A DNA stretch of 63,724 bases, the filler included, from Octopus bimaculoides (Eukaryota): NCBI RefSeq assembly GCF_001194135.2. It is 3 parts of 3 records of this genome, joined end to end, with 100 filler letters (N's around TTAATTAATTAA, not from the genome) between each part and the next. Parts side by side here need not be neighbours in the genome. Positions count along the whole stretch, not along the records: positions 1 to 31,613 come from NC_068983.1; 2 more parts are not named here. One strand, written 5' to 3'. A program made the translations under genes and the position numbers. Below the pieces are notes generated by a model. That model searched no databases. It had not been told where the DNA came from and was given only the letters and a program-made list of their open reading frames with translations. The first letter of the stretch is position 1, and each line of letters starts with the position of its first letter. Positions 13,190 to 26,744 of this stretch are shown piece by piece.

Positions 13190-15110
13190 TTTTAGACTAT
13201 ACTTTTGACAATTCAAATACATCAATATCATTACATTTTCTGATTTCAATTTCTTCATGTTAAGCTTAAAGTTTCTTCATGTTCAATGGTAAGCTATAGT
13301 CATTCTTGGTTCATTGAAACTTTGAAATATTGCAATAGTGAACATTGTCTTCTAATTTGGAAAAGCAGAACAATAAATTCATCTTAAAAATCTGGATATT
13401 TCAGTGACTTTCTAAAAGTAACTTATAATCCAAAATTACTTTGTAATTCATAAATCTATCAATATGAATGCTATAAACTTGTCCAAGATTAAGACAACTT
13501 TTCTCACAGTTATTTTTACATTATAAAATGTGTTGCTTTCTATTCAATCAAATATTAATTCTATAGCATCTAAAAGAAGTTTAAATTTTTAATCCCAATC
13601 TTTCTTGCATTTCATTATGGAGACTTTCAATGGATGTTTTCATTATTTTCATCATTTCTTCTTGTGTAGTTAACCTGTCATTCTTGGCTCTTGCATTCAG
13701 CATTTGTTTCATCTTCCTTGAACATCCTTGAATACCTTATTTATCACATAGCTTTGATCAAATACGATTTAGCACCTACTTTACACCACTTTTTGTATCT
13801 AAAGTTTGAATCTGATGATTGGCTTACTTTGCAAATAGTTTCATTATGTTATCAAAGTGCCTCTGAACTGGTTTTACAGTCTCTCTGTTCTAAAACTTTA
13901 CCAAGTTTCAGACTCAGATTTGGTAATTATTGGTATCGCAACTTTCGATTTTTGTCAATGCAAAGTTGATCTAGAAAAGAATGATTAAAATGACTGAATA
14001 GCACTTCATAAGTTACCATCAATACATCATAGCCAACATTATGCATACCAAACTGAAAAACATATGATTATCGCAGCTTAAAAAATAATTTAGCAATTTT
14101 TTCATTAATTCTATTCTGAACTCTACTTTTGGAGCCAGCCATAACTGCTGCATCATCAATAGAGTTGAGATGGACAGTTTCATAATGGCATTTTGTCTTT
14201 CACAAGTTGTTCCAGAATTAGTTCTACCATGTTTTTAGCATCCTTTCTCATTTGATAAATTCGAAAAGAGTCTGTTTTACAGAAAAATATTTTCTCCTTA
14301 AAATCAATACCAACATAATGATCTGTTTCCACAACTTGTTCTCAATGTGCTTGATCTAGAGTAGAAACAAATAGGAAGCCAAAATATGTGGCCTTATGAA
14401 TACTGTCTAACTATTTCTAGTGAACAGTAGAAGCCATCAGTTGAATGCATTCATTCTGCATCAATAGAGATAAACATGGTATTCTTCCTGAGTTCTTTTC
14501 CACATTACTGATATTTTCTTTCATGACAGGATGAAAGTTTGCCACCAATTTTAATAACCCCAACAAAATTTTCAAAATTGCTTCTTTCTTCCTGCATATG
14601 AAATCTCTTGTCACCTTGTCCTTACACAATGCAATGCTTTGAGTTGCTAAAACTGTTTTGCAATGGAGAATTCAGTTGAGAACATTTCACCATTTCTATT
14701 TTTCTGATTCCCTACATCAATAATTTCCCAATTTTCTGGAAGATTTCTTTACATTTGCTTCTGTTGGGTAAAATAACTATTGATGTTTTTGGCTTTTCAT
14801 GTTTGCTAAGCCTTTCTGGTGCATTTCAATGAAATCCATACTCTTGTTCTAATGATGGCTGATTGCTATTTCATGAAAATTACAAACAACAGAAGTCAAG
14901 AGTTGCTTTCTTCTCTAGAAAATAAACAAGCCATGAGCATCAATCTTCTCTGCATCTATTTCCAAGCATTCCTTTTAATCGTCTTTTATTCATTGATCAA
15001 TTGAGCAAGGAAACAAATGTCTCTTTACCATTTTGAAAATATTTTTCACCCAGTGTAACTATTTCTGTCCTTAGGGAATCTGATAAAACAACTTTTTGAT
15101 ATTTCATTAA
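13190..15110 (-). pseudogene. near full-length decayed hAT transposase, Tip100/ZMYM1-like (DUF4371 type)
   Basis: Minus-strand blocks in the expected order: SWLVY, ERLSKHE, LHCKTVLATQSIAL, LGLLKLVANFHPVMKE..LSLLMQNECIQLMASTV, IHKATYFGFLFVST, SQLY.DDAAVMAGSKSRVQNRI, CDNH, SFFSRST, IEHEET. Many stops and frameshifts. Confidence 0.85.
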
Positions 15111-15423
15111 GTTCTAAGAACCTTATAACATGATACTGACTGCACCTGATATGGGTGGTGTTATATTTTCTTTTTTCATTTCAATGTTTTAGTATCTTCA
15201 CCTCCTTTGAAGAGCACTTCTGATTCTTGTTAGACAATTCTCCTTCTGATATACATCTGTTTTTGATACAGTTATTGATAATGATAGACTAGGTTATTCA
15301 AGAAATTATATAATAAAGGGACTTGAGATTTTAACCTTTGTTTCAAGCAGTTTTCATTTCTTCCTGAACTACATCTAAGTCAATTTCCTTTTCAGTTTCT
15401 GCAATGTTCAATTCATGATCATA

Positions 15424-15705
15424 CTGTGTGTGCATGTATGTGTATGTGTGTGTGTGTGTGTATGTGTGTGTGTGCAAGTGTGTTTGTACCAATGTGTGAG
15501 TGCATGTGTGTGTGCATGTGTGTGTGCATGCATGTGTGTGGGTGCATGGGTGTGTGCGTGTGTGTGTGTGTGTGTTTGTGGGCATATGTGTACAAGTGGG
15601 TACTTGTGTGTATATGTGGGTATGTGTGTGTGCATGTGTGTATGTGCACGTGTGCATATGTGTATGTATGTGCATGTGTTTGAGTGAGTGTGTGTGTATG
15701 TATCA
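15424..15705. repeat. complex (TG)n/(TGCA)/(TGTA) microsatellite
   Basis: Directly visible; explains the HT/CV-rich ORFs here. Confidence 0.95.
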
Positions 15706-16559
15706 TCATCATAGTCATTTTTATGTCTACTGTTCAACACGTGTGTGAAGCAGTTGAGATTTCACTGATGCCTAAATTTGAATGGTTGGATGCTCTTCCA
15801 CTTTCCAACCTGCATCTGTTTCAAGGAAGGTAATATTCCCTCAGTCTATTGAACAACAGGCAGCCAGAACATGCTTTGGTGGAGAACTACAAACAAACAG
15901 CATTATTTTTATGAATGGTTAGGCTTTTGTTTATTATCAGTGCAAAGATGTCATGACAAAGGGAGTACACACTCAGACATACAGATACACATGCATACAA
16001 AATGTGTGTGTGTGTGCATGTATGTGTGTATTGTATTACAAATATAACCCGCATTTGAAATACAACACACACACACGAGTTCTCCCTCCCCTAAGTGGAC
16101 CACCAAATTATCACTCCACATGCACCATGCCTGCCTCCCTCCTTCTCTTGTAGCCTGCCCAAACTACAGATTATCTTCCTCTTGCCCTTCCCCTCTCAGA
16201 CGAATCTTTACAGATACTGCCTATCTCCCCTCACCTCTCCTATTTCCCCAATCTTTTGTCCCCGTTCTTGCAAAATTTCCACCCACTCACATTTCCAGTT
16301 TCTCAGACCCTACTTGTTTCTACTTACTTTGTACTGTGAAATGCTAACTAGACACTTCATCACCATTATTTATCTCTTCCCAGCTACTCTCAGTTCAGTC
16401 TCACTCTCTCCTCTAAATGGGAGTAGCCATGTTGCTCCTCTGCTACAAGAATCTTCTCTGCCCCACTCCATTTCTTAATCTTCATCTCCTAAGATAAAGC
16501 CAACTCTCCACAGGGTTGTCATAAACTTGCAAGCAGTATGGTGACTTCACTAGCCCTAG

Positions 16560-16735
16560 TGGCAAGAAAAGAAGCACCCAGTATGCACTGTAAAGTGGTT
16601 GGTGTGAAAAAGGGTATCCAACCATAAAAACCAAGCTAAAGCAGACCCTAGAACACATAGTATTCATTGAACCCTTCAGATCCTCTCAAACCATCCAATC
16701 TATGCCAGCATAGAACATGGATGTTATGAGGATGT
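16560..16735 (+). mobile_element. diverged RTE-type 3' tail copy
   Basis: aagcacccagtatgcactgtaaagtggttggtgtgaaaaagggtatccaaccataaaaacc...catccaatctatgccagcatagaacatggatgtta matches the tails at 4230 and 29920. Confidence 0.7.
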
Positions 16736-16739
16736 ACTC

Positions 16740-16970
16740 ATATCAATACCAGTTGTCAAGTGATGGTGGGAACAAACACAGATATAAACATATGCACACA
16801 CACACATACATACACACACTCACACACACACACACACACACACGCACACATACCAGTTTTCTATACAGTTTCTGTCAACCAAAGTTACTCACAAGACATT
16901 GGTCAGCCCAAGGCTATAGTCAAACACATTTGCCCAAGATGCTATGCAGTGGGATTGAACTGAAATCACA
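16740..16970 (-). mobile_element. SINE family A, diverged copy
   Basis: Reverse complement of the 21513 element: ccagttgtcaagtgatggtggg..(CA)n..cagtttctgtc.accaaa..actcacaag..ttggtcagccc.aggctatagt..cacatttgcccaag..gggattgaac. Confidence 0.75.
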
Positions 16971-17464
16971 TGACATGGCCATAAAGCGAATAACTTATAA
17001 AATAAAGAGCTTTTATGCTGGTGCATTCCTAAAGGAACATATATCAACTGAAAAATGTAAATAGAAATCTTAAAATGATGCCTAAATCAGGTGCCCTGCC
17101 TACTCCACCCTATTTACACCACTAACTAGGACTGTAGCACCATGTATAGCCCTATAAATTATTAGCATTTTCAGACATGGACTTGTCCATTTAGATTAAA
17201 ACCTTTTATTATTGAAATATCAGAGTTACTACTTTTTACATCATTTGCCATTTCATCATTTTGGTATCGTATTCAGTATTATAGATCCATTTTAGCTAAT
17301 TTTGCCAATCAATTTCACACATGAGAGTTAGAAGAAGACTCAGTCACAGCATTCATCAAATGGACTGGTATGAAAAGTATGGTGATAACTCTCTGTCACT
17401 GAAGGTCAGGAAGTGTAACATTCTGGCTTATAAGCAGTATGAAAAACTAGAATGAAAAACCCAT

Positions 17465-18243
17465 GGGAGACATTCATAGGGAATTCATCTAGAGCAGGGG
17501 TTTTCAAACTGTGGTCCCCGGACCACAGGGAGTCTGCAAGGACAAGACAGGGGGTCCGTGGACAGCAAATACTTTTTAAGCGCAATTTGATTTTATATAT
17601 GTTTTTTAATCGAAATCTTTTAATTGACAATAGACCTATTTGTTAAATACTGTTAAATAAATAAATGTAAAAATATATGATATTTTAAGGAAATATTTAT
17701 GTATAAATTTCATAAGCATTTATAAAGGGGTCCGGTCCCTAAGGTAAAGCCTGAAATATAAAGGGGTCCGCAAGTCAAAAAGTTTGAAAACCCCTGATTT
17801 AGAGTTATGTATGTCACTTGTCAAGGTAAATAACTTTATATTTCAAAATCTGTCTTCAAAAGGTTTTCTATGACTTCCTTTACAACTGGTATTATAATAT
17901 CCATTCCAACCCTATGTCATCCATTTCTTTTTTCTCTAATAAAGGATAAATTGTAAGTGGCTTTCGTTCTTCCTTCAATATCAGCATGAGATGACTTGAG
18001 AAATTACATTAAAGCTAGACATTCTCCAAGCCTTTCTGTGACCTAAAAAATTGAAGGTTTTATTATTCTTATTGAAATGCATCCTGTGAAGGTGATCTTT
18101 CATCTTCAAAGACCTTATTGCATTATTTCCCATAATATTCATATAGGTATTGTCTCATTAGTGAACAAAGGAATAAAGCCAAATTTCAAATATTCTTGTG
18201 AAAATTGCCAACAGCTTTTCTTCTTAGCTTCAAGGGTTGACAT
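17465..18243 (-). pseudogene. hAT Charlie/Buster (ZBED5/SCAND3-like) transposase N-terminal relic, interrupted by a MITE
   Basis: From ATG at 18243: MSTLEAKKKSCWQFSQEYLKFGFIP..NNAIRSLKMKDHLHRMH (BED-like)..KATYNLS..IIIPVVKEVIE.., resuming after the MITE as TLDEF. Confidence 0.75.
17495..17796. mobile_element. hAT (Charlie-type) MITE, 302 bp
   Basis: Perfect 16-bp TIRs CAGGGGTTTTCAAACT / AGTTTGAAAACCCCTG; 8-bp TSD ATCTAGAG (17487-17494) vs ATTTAGAG (17797-17804), one mismatch, central TA. Confidence 0.95.
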
Positions 18244-18900
18244 GCTGTAAAATTAATGAGCTTCTAATATAAATCCAAAATCTCTATAATATGAATATAA
18301 TAAGTTGTGACGAACTTCCATTATAAAAGCTATCATTACATTACAATGCAATACTGATTTGAATTTTTTTTTTCCATTGGAATTGCTGTATTGCACAAAG
18401 AAACATGTGACACTTACAGCCATGGACAAACATGAAATATGCTTCTCTAGTAGTAATTGACTGCAAGCTGACAAATGCCTTGTAAAAGAACTTGGTCATA
18501 TATTACTATTCTGCTGCTCTTCAACCCTTTCTGTACTGTCAGTCATCACCTACTTCCCCTAACTCATATATATCATTGATCACAACCAGGCTTTTGTCCA
18601 CCATTTTCAACATCCACCTTACTAATCTTTATAGTCATCACCTACTCTTTTCTACCTTCCCTCCAACATATTTATCATCCTTGTCTTTTTTGCCCCTACC
18701 CACAACATCTCACCTTGTGTGTATATGTGTCTGTCTATCCTTTACAAATGTATGTGTGAGTGTATATGTTTAAGATGTCAGAGTGACCCTTGAGGGTCTA
18801 CCATGACACTTCATCACTGAGGTTAGCCAACATTAATAACCAGCAAAAGTGACTCCGGTACCCACTTGGAGTTTATATCCCTACCAACCCAAAATTAGGA

Positions 18901-18905
<5 letters not shown>

Positions 18906-18974
<69 letters not shown>

Positions 18975-19004
18975 NNNNNNNNNNNNNNNNNNNNNNNNNN
19001 NNNN

Positions 19005-19038
<34 letters not shown>
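18906..19038. repeat. (CA)n - gap - (TA)n
   Basis: Directly visible. Confidence 0.95.
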
Positions 19039-19042
<4 letters not shown>

Positions 19043-19366
19043 TTAAATAAGCAGAAAATGGAAAAAGCTTTTGATCTACAAACAAACAAATTGACCAACA
19101 TCGGTTGATAATTTTTTAATACAATACATGACAACATTTCTCACAGATGTTTCCGCTGCCAGTACTTACAAAAGAAATTCTGAAAATAATATTCGCCATC
19201 TTCATAGTACATTTGATCAAGTACATGGAGCTTCATCAGAGCGAATACAAATGCATAAAATAAAATAAACGAAGGGAAGAGGGAAGAGGAAAGAACAGGG
19301 CCTCAAGATGAGACCAGAAGGCTCAATATATTAAAAATGTTCTCCATTTTCTGCTTATTTAAATTT
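19039..19366. repeat. 328-bp segment bounded by a perfect 24-bp inverted repeat
   Basis: AAATTTAAATAAGCAGAAAATGGA (19039-19062) / TCCATTTTCTGCTTATTTAAATTT (19343-19366). Confidence 0.85.
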
Positions 19367-20457
19367 GATTCCTGATAAACTGTTGTTTATTGTTGTTACC
19401 CATACCCAGGGATAACATATGATGTATCATTAGCTAGACATGTTGGACTATGCCCTAAATGAATTTTTATGTGGATTTCAAATTTCTTGAGAGCCATTTC
19501 ATGACACCTTTCCTTTTTCGATAAACTTGAGAAGTTGTACTAAATAAATCTTTAGGTATGTATTTTATTTGTTCGACTTCCCCTCGATTTGATGACAAAA
19601 TGCAAAATCTGATCATAGTTTTAATAAATGACATTTCTCTTTAGATTGAACATCATAAGGGAGCTTCTGTGTATTCACTTAACTGGTAAAAATAGCAGCT
19701 AAATTGCCTCCATATGTCAACTTACTGCCTTAAAAAAGGAAGACATTGAATGTTATGGCCCTAGATGCTCTATATTCAGATGAACGATAGGATGGTCTCA
19801 GCTGAAACATCTTTGATTATCAGTTTTCTCATTCAAGACTGATTGTGGTTAAACAATAACTGGTAAGTTCCCATTCTAGATATTTCATTTCAGACTTTAC
19901 TGTCTTCCTGAAAAGCATAACCATTATACAATCTCATTTCCTTTCTCACAATAAATCTGAGATTGTATACTTAAGAAATAAAATTTATATTCCTGAAAGT
20001 TAGCTTACTAAACTGAAAAGCAAATTTTATTGAATAGGAATTTTAAAAGTTCATTATCTGGATTGTTTGAATAATTTGCTTTCTGTCCACTAATAAAATG
20101 TCTGTTACAGGCATAAAGATTTTATATCTTTACTATCCTCTGATTACTATATTGTCTGTTTCAATTTCCATGTACCATGACTATCATTCCTATTTTCTAT
20201 GTTAAGTGAAAATTCAGTACATCTGGGGAAAGAGATTGAGATGTATTGCTGAGTAACTCCTCACCAATTGGTCAAATGACTTTCCTTTACAATGCAGTTA
20301 GTGCTTTTGTATCAGGAGCACAATCCTGAATGAAAAAGTAGTATTAGAGTGTAAAGAACCAGCATCAGTTTGGAGGTAAAACAGTTTCTGGTTCAGATGA
20401 GGAAAACTAGTCTTTGAGACACAGTTTTTCTATATTGATTTCAATATAGAGGAAGGA

Positions 20458-20592
20458 GTAAGTCAATTATGTCAACCCCAGTGATGAAAGGTAAATTTGA
20501 CCTCAGCAGAATTTGAACTCAGAACATAAAGACAGATGAAATGCTGCTAAGCATTTTACCTGATGTGCTAACGATTCTGCCAGCTCACCATG
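20458..20592 (-). mobile_element. SINE family B, CpG-decayed and internally deleted
   Basis: Reverse complement: ggtgagctggcagaatcgttagcac..aaatgcttagc..ttctgagttcaaattc..gaggtc..cctttcatc..tggggttgac..aattgacttac; matches the 58348 copy. Confidence 0.8.
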
Positions 20593-20954
20593 TTACAGTT
20601 TTTCTGTATTAAATTGACAATACAATCTGTCTTTTTCTACCTAAATTATAAATAAATATAACTATTAGAAGAAAGAGTACTGAGTTGCTAAAAGTAATAG
20701 AGTCTTGGACTAAAGGCTTTATTGTGTTTGACTACATCCCTCTATATTGATCATTCAAATCCTGCTAGAATTATGTTACTCAAAACGAAGTCATTCTTAC
20801 TAAGTATTTCTAGACTTGTCCTGTACTTGTTTTAACTGTATTGAAGCTAATAAGACACAACTAGGTAACAATCATAATTCATTGGTGACTAAACCTGCCA
20901 TGTTCTTTCTTGAGATCTCTTGTTGCAAAACTATTTCAGAGCAAGATGGAAACA

Positions 20955-21097
20955 CTATGCTAACCATGTGGTTCCAAGCAGTCCTATTGAGCAGTGCTTT
21001 GGGCAAAATGTCTTCTGCTATAGATCTGGGCCGACCAAAGCCTCATGCCTGGATTCAGTAGAAGGAAACTGATAAGAGTCCCTCATGTGTGTGCGTG

Positions 21098-21140
<43 letters not shown>
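20955..21140 (+). mobile_element. SINE family A 5' fragment running into (TG)n
   Basis: ctttgggcaaaatgtcttctgctatagatctgggccgaccaaagcc..ggattcagtagaaggaaactga. Confidence 0.65.
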
Positions 21141-21142
<2 letters not shown>

Positions 21143-21512
21143 TGATATCCTGTAATGGTTATAAACAAATGTTTACAACCATTATGTGATATCAAGACAA
21201 TTTCCAGTCTCTCCACAAAAATCATGTCTTACCATTAGAAATATTTCTTTGCTTGGAAACAGATGAGAATTTGTGTCTAGAAGGGTATCTGGTATAGAAA
21301 TCCGCCTCAACAAATTCTGTGTGACCCAGGCAAGCATGAAAAGTAGAAGCAAAAACAGTGGTGGTGGAAGAAGCAACAGTGTCAGGAGAGGTAGTAGTAG
21401 CTGCTGTGGTGGTGGTGGTTTTGGTGTTGGTAATGACAATGATGATGATGATGATGATGATGCCAGTGCTTTGAGCTCAAAAGTCAAACAAGACCTTTGT
21501 TAAAAATACATA

Positions 21513-21868
21513 GATGGTTCCGGGTTCAGTCCCACTGCATGGCACTTTGGGCAAGTGTCTTCTACTATAGCTTCGGGCCGACCAAAGCCTTGTAAGTGGA
21601 TTTGGTAGACGGAAACTGAAAGAAGCCCGTCGTATATATGTATATATATATATATATGTATGTGTGTTTGTGTGTCTGTATTTGTCCCCCCACCATCGCT
21701 TGACAACCGATGCTGGTGTGTTTACGTCCCCGTAACTTAGCGGTTCGGCAAAAAGAGACTGATAGAATAAGTACTAGGCTTACAAAGAATAAGTCCTGGG
21801 GTCGATTTCCTTGACTAAAGGCAGTGCTCCAGCATGGCCGCAGTCAAATGACTGAAACAAGTAAAAGC
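21513..21868 (+). mobile_element. SINE family A (tRNA-like head partly lost, internal TA/TG tract)
   Basis: gggttcagtcccactg..ttgggcaagtgtcttctactatagc..gggccgaccaaagccttg..ggtagacggaaactgaaagaagcccgtcg..gacaaccgatgctggtgtgtttacgtcccc..gcggttcggcaaa..ctccagcatggccgcagtcaaatgactgaaacaagtaaaag. At least six copies in the window. Confidence 0.88.
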
Positions 21869-22444
21869 GTAAAGATGCATATGTATGCATATTAGTCTGA
21901 TTGCATATTACTCTGTTCCAATTTGTTTTGCTTCGCTTGGTTTCTGTTTTGTGTTATACATAACATGTATAAAATCAATTTAAGACAGTCACTCAGTCAC
22001 TGAAGATTACTTGGTAAGTTACAAAACTTAAATTTAAGTCTGGGTACGTATTATGTCTGTTTTTGTTAATTACTTCTTTGAGAGTGCAAAGATAATTTCT
22101 TTATCACAATTTATTTTCTTCATGAGATCTGAAAAATAAATTTGAAAAACTAACAAATAATGACATGGTTAATCTGTTTTATATTTATTCAATGTTTTGA
22201 TAATTCAATTACATACACATTTCAGTCCGTTAAGTTTCATCGGTGTAATTTTGAAATATATACTAAGAAGAATTATGATTATATAGCTATGAGAAAAAAT
22301 CAGATAAGTCTTATTTTGATAGTATTTAGTTCAAAAAGATATTAGATATAGTCAGTGTAACTGCAGAAATCAGATATGTTTATAGTGAAAACAAATAAAA
22401 TTATAAAGAATATGTATACTTATTTTGGTTCTTATTCTTTTTTT

Positions 22445-23042
22445 GGCTTACAAGATATGGCAGTTCATCAGAGTTCATCAGTACCAAGTAATTCAAAATG
22501 AATGGTACTATGCTATCCATTTAGTTGTTGCTCCAGTTGGGAGAAAAGGTACCTGACTTCATTATGCAGCGAGATGGGGTTCTATCACACACAATTACTT
22601 CAACTAGCATTTTTCAGAACCCTGGACTGTCATGCTGGGGTGAATGGTTTGCCACTGATGGTCTCCTGGTCTCCCCCCACCTCCACACCCACATCTGTCC
22701 TCCAACCTAACACTTTGCAATATTTTCCTTTAGGGTTATCTGAAAGAGAAGGTATTCATATCTCCACTTCTGCAGAACTTACAGGAGTTAAAGCAATGGA
22801 CAGGTAACACAGTTGATTCAGTTGATCAAGTTATGCTGGTATGGATGTGACAAGAACAACTAAACTGACCATTGTGTAAATGCCTGCCGTGCGGCAAAAG
22901 GCACCCACATTGAACATCTGTGACTATCAGTAAAAACTTGAGGATTTAACCTTTCATGCTACATCTGTATTTTTGCAATATATTTGTTACAACACTCACA
23001 TCTATATTTTCTTTTTGTATTGTTCATTTAGAATTACCCTGT
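22445..23042 (+). mobile_element. Tc1/mariner-superfamily 3' half (DUF4817-associated type), decayed
   Basis: FIMQRDG (FQQDG-like)..YLKEKVFISP..LQNLQELKQW..ACRAAKGTHIEHL*; ends TTACCCTG followed by TA, a TIR-like end. Confidence 0.78.
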
Positions 23043-23262
23043 ATACTAAGCATACATCATTACAATAAGAGTATTTTTTTTTCTGCCTTTTGGGAATTCA
23101 ACTTCACAGGGAAAATTTGGTCCAATTTTTGTTCATAAGGTACTTATTTGCTGTCCTAAGAAAACCATGAATATATTCATATGTAAATAAACTTGGCTCA
23201 TATTAAGGCAGATATCACCTTTATTCTTTTCATCTAGCTTTAGATTCACAGAGAAAATAGAC

Positions 23263-23510
23263 ATGAGATTATTTGACAGTGCAGATATATGCGACTATGT
23301 TGACCTATACTTATTAGATGTACTTTGTACAAAAGTTACTATATCAAACATGGGATTATATAGAGATGATAAGCTAACTGTTTCTCATTACTCCAACAGG
23401 CATACCTTATTTAGGAGAGACCTTCTTAACACATTCAAGAATTTCATTCTAAAACTAACTATATCCACTAGTTTCAGTGTTTTGACTTCATTGCTTTCAT
23501 TCTCATTTTA
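23263..23510 (+). mobile_element. Penelope-like element reverse-transcriptase fragment
   Basis: MRLFDSADICDYVDLYLLD..NMGLYRDDKL..RRDLLNTFKNFILKLTIST resembles the PLE RT region MGSFDGAEICELVGLYIL..GLYRDDGL..KDLIKIFK..GLKITI. Confidence 0.8.
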
Positions 23511-25309
23511 CATACAAACATAAATTGTACAGTAAGCTAAATGAAAAACTTGCATATATTAACAAAACCTCCTGCGATCTACCCTCTGTTAATACACACA
23601 CCCACTCACTCATGTAGACACACACACACACATATATATGTACGAGATAATTCAAATGTCTATTTAGCATTAATATAAACTTGCTAACAACTAAGATTGA
23701 CCTTATCTGTGTACATCTTGCCTCAACACTCTCTATCCCTCCCTGATACCTCCCACTTCATATCGCCACCCTTCCCCACCTTCCACTACATTCATTAACC
23801 CTTTCCTTTCCTCCAACACCGATTTCACTATTGGCTACCATGGATCAGAGATTCCAGGATAGCTGGTCTATTATGGCCAGCCATTCATACTGCTAGGGTT
23901 TCCAAACCACTAAGAGCAGTTGAATAAGACAACTGAGTAAAATTATTATTTTATTGTGCAGTTTTTAAGATAATGTTTATTCTCTCATCTTTTAGTAATG
24001 ACATATTTCTAAAATATATAAACAATATAAATCAAAAGATCTTTTCAAAATTTAGTAAAAAATACTATTAAAAATACTTATTAAAACAAAATTAATAAAA
24101 AATCAAATTTATATGTATCTTCTAAAGAGAATTGTGAATCACCTTGTATAAACACACACACCACATACACACATATGTATGTATGTGAGTGTGTGTATGT
24201 GTGAGTATTCACAATTATATTGATATACACATTTGTGCACATGCAACTACACATATGCATGCGCATATGGGTGTCTGTATGTGTGTGCATGTAAGTATTT
24301 GCAACATATCAGTGTTATGCATATACTAGCATATTTACACTTTTTTTTCTACAACCTCTATGATAATGAAAATGTATATATGACATGTATCTAGAAACTT
24401 AAAAAGACATGATGCATGTATCATATGTGTATACATTTATCCATGCACTTGGAATAAATATTTTCTTCTGATTTGTAAATTCACTGAAAGTGCATCACTA
24501 ATGAAATAAAATGCAGTAATCAATGTATGACTATAAAATGCTTATTTTATTGGACTGACAAAAAAGTTAATGAATTTAGAGAATATTTCATTGGTAAGGT
24601 TAGAGCTGGGATGAATTAAAATATGTGCACAGATGCCAAACACACTTAATTGTGTACATGGCTTTCTGCAAATGTACACAATAAATGGATAAATGGAAGG
24701 ACAAATATATCGGTAAGTCAAGAGAGAAAGAATGAATAAGTAAAAGAGTTAGAGAGGAGGGGGAGAGAAAGAATGAGTAAGTAAAAGAGGGAAAGAGGAG
24801 GGAAAGAAAATGATTATCATATAGAGAGATAGTAGTGAATGCCTTAAATTAGAGTCCTTTTCAAGTTACATGGGTTAACATATAATCTTAGCAATGACAT
24901 TGATTAATGAAAACAACCAGCTGCCTTTAAATGGTAGTGTACAGCATATCTGTCATAGTTGGGTTGCAACAGTGACTGTAACAGGAGTGCTGTTGCATTC
25001 TGTGATAGCCATTCAATGATAATATATATATTTTTTAAATAATGTTCTTTCTTCAAGACCTGGAATTTGAACAAACAATGATTGATCCCTATTCCTGTTA
25101 CTCAGACTTTCTAATAACTATGCTTTTCCTATTTCCATAATAATTTCCAGGTGGTTTCTAAACCCACATTTTTGTTACCAAGTAATTCATATTTCATTGG
25201 CTCATGTAATTTCTAAAAAAAATCCATCTAGTACTCTATGATGCCTCTCAATAGCCAAAGAGTTACAATTATTTATAGCAGGAATTTTAATCTTTTAATA
25301 CTAAGACTA

Positions 25310-25620
25310 AAATGTAATTTGATGTTATTCTCAATCTACATTTTGGATTACACTTTGTTTACCATAAACCAAATAAGAACTTACATTACATACACAAGCA
25401 CTCTAATTATCTTAAGTCTATTATAGATAATCCCATCGAAATATTTCACTAAGAATATTTAAATTATCAGCAAATAAGCAAATATTCAATGATAGTGTTT
25501 GAAATTATAATGAAGCACTGAAAAGAAGTTGATTTAATGAAAAAGTAGAGAATATTCCTTCCAATGAACAAAGAAACTATACCACAAAGATAGACACTTC
25601 CCGAAAATTAAAGAATAATG
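25310..25620 (+). mobile_element. Penelope-like RT C-terminal/thumb fragment
   Basis: FDVILNL..YHKPNKNLHYIHKHSNY..SII then NISLRIFKLSANKQIFND..YNEALKRS.FNE, a PLE-type segment with frameshift and stops. Confidence 0.7.
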
Positions 25621-26744
25621 CGAAGAAATTCTACCCTACTTCTAATTGATTTTCAAAGCAAAGCTATTATACAGGAAAATAATTAGAAGGTAATAAACAT
25701 AATATTAAGCCTGCAATCAGTAAAGTTTTTAACAGCCATTGAAGTATAATAGACACAAAAAGTATTATGATTAAAGACTATGGTAATGATCAAAGGAAAG
25801 TGGTTAATATAAATAACTCTAGAAGACAAACATTAATAATGGAAGGAACAAGTACTAGAACTACAAATAGAGACTGCAACTAGAAGAAAAAAAACATGTA
25901 CAAAGTAGTTAATATCAATAATTCTATGTCTATTCAATAATAAATGGAACTCTACTAGATTTCACATCTATAACAAAGTAAAAACGAATGATAACCACAA
26001 ATCTTAGACAGGTAAAGAGCTATAACCTACAGAGACTTCTAATACAAACACTAACAATGCAGTTATACCTGGATTTAAAGATTGCAATAATGAAAAACAT
26101 TTAAGTTATGTTTCAGATTAGTTTACTTCTGTCTGTAGCATCAATGAACACTACACTTCAGAATTTGTTTTTGTCACCATTTTCTTGTCCAGTTCTTTTT
26201 TTATTTATCATTCTTTTTCTCTTTATTTCAAGTCTATTCCAGAATTTGTTCCAGGACATGTGATACATTTCATTTGCATTATTGCTGATGATGGTTTCAA
26301 ATTTTCTTCTGACTCCTTTTCTAGCACAATCGGATCTCATTGATTGTATCTAGAGAATTGCATGTGGTAAATAAGATCCTGCACATTCTCCATTCAAGAA
26401 AATTTGGCATGTCAAAAGTAAATTTCAAAGTGTAATGTTCATCAATGCTACAAATGATGGGGTCTGATACTTTTGAAAGCCTATGATACAAATGTTATTT
26501 TTGCTTGTTTTTGTTTTTGCTTTTTTGTTTTCAGTTTTTATAGAATGTTCTTTCCAAGACTTAGTGAAAATGACCAAAACGTATTTAGGTGCCATCCACA
26601 ATAGTTTCAAGTATTAATTTGTGTCCTGCAGAAAATTCTCTGATAGCTTAAAGTATAGTCATCCATCACTTGCAAACAGAAACCTTCTTGACCTCTTCTA
26701 CCTTTACTCACTGGAACATCCAGGGAGTGAGTGCTGAAGGGTGA

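Noticed and set aside
15343-15748. His/Thr- or Cys/Val-rich ORFs (also at 3141, 18849, 45739 and 57882)
   Set aside because: Translations of (CA)n/(TG)n microsatellites, not metal-binding proteins.
26530-26610. Acceptor-like tttttgttttcAG followed by a short open frame (FIECSFQDLVKMTKTYLGAIHNSF)
   Set aside because: No recognisable homology or partner exon; such sites are frequent by chance in T-rich DNA.
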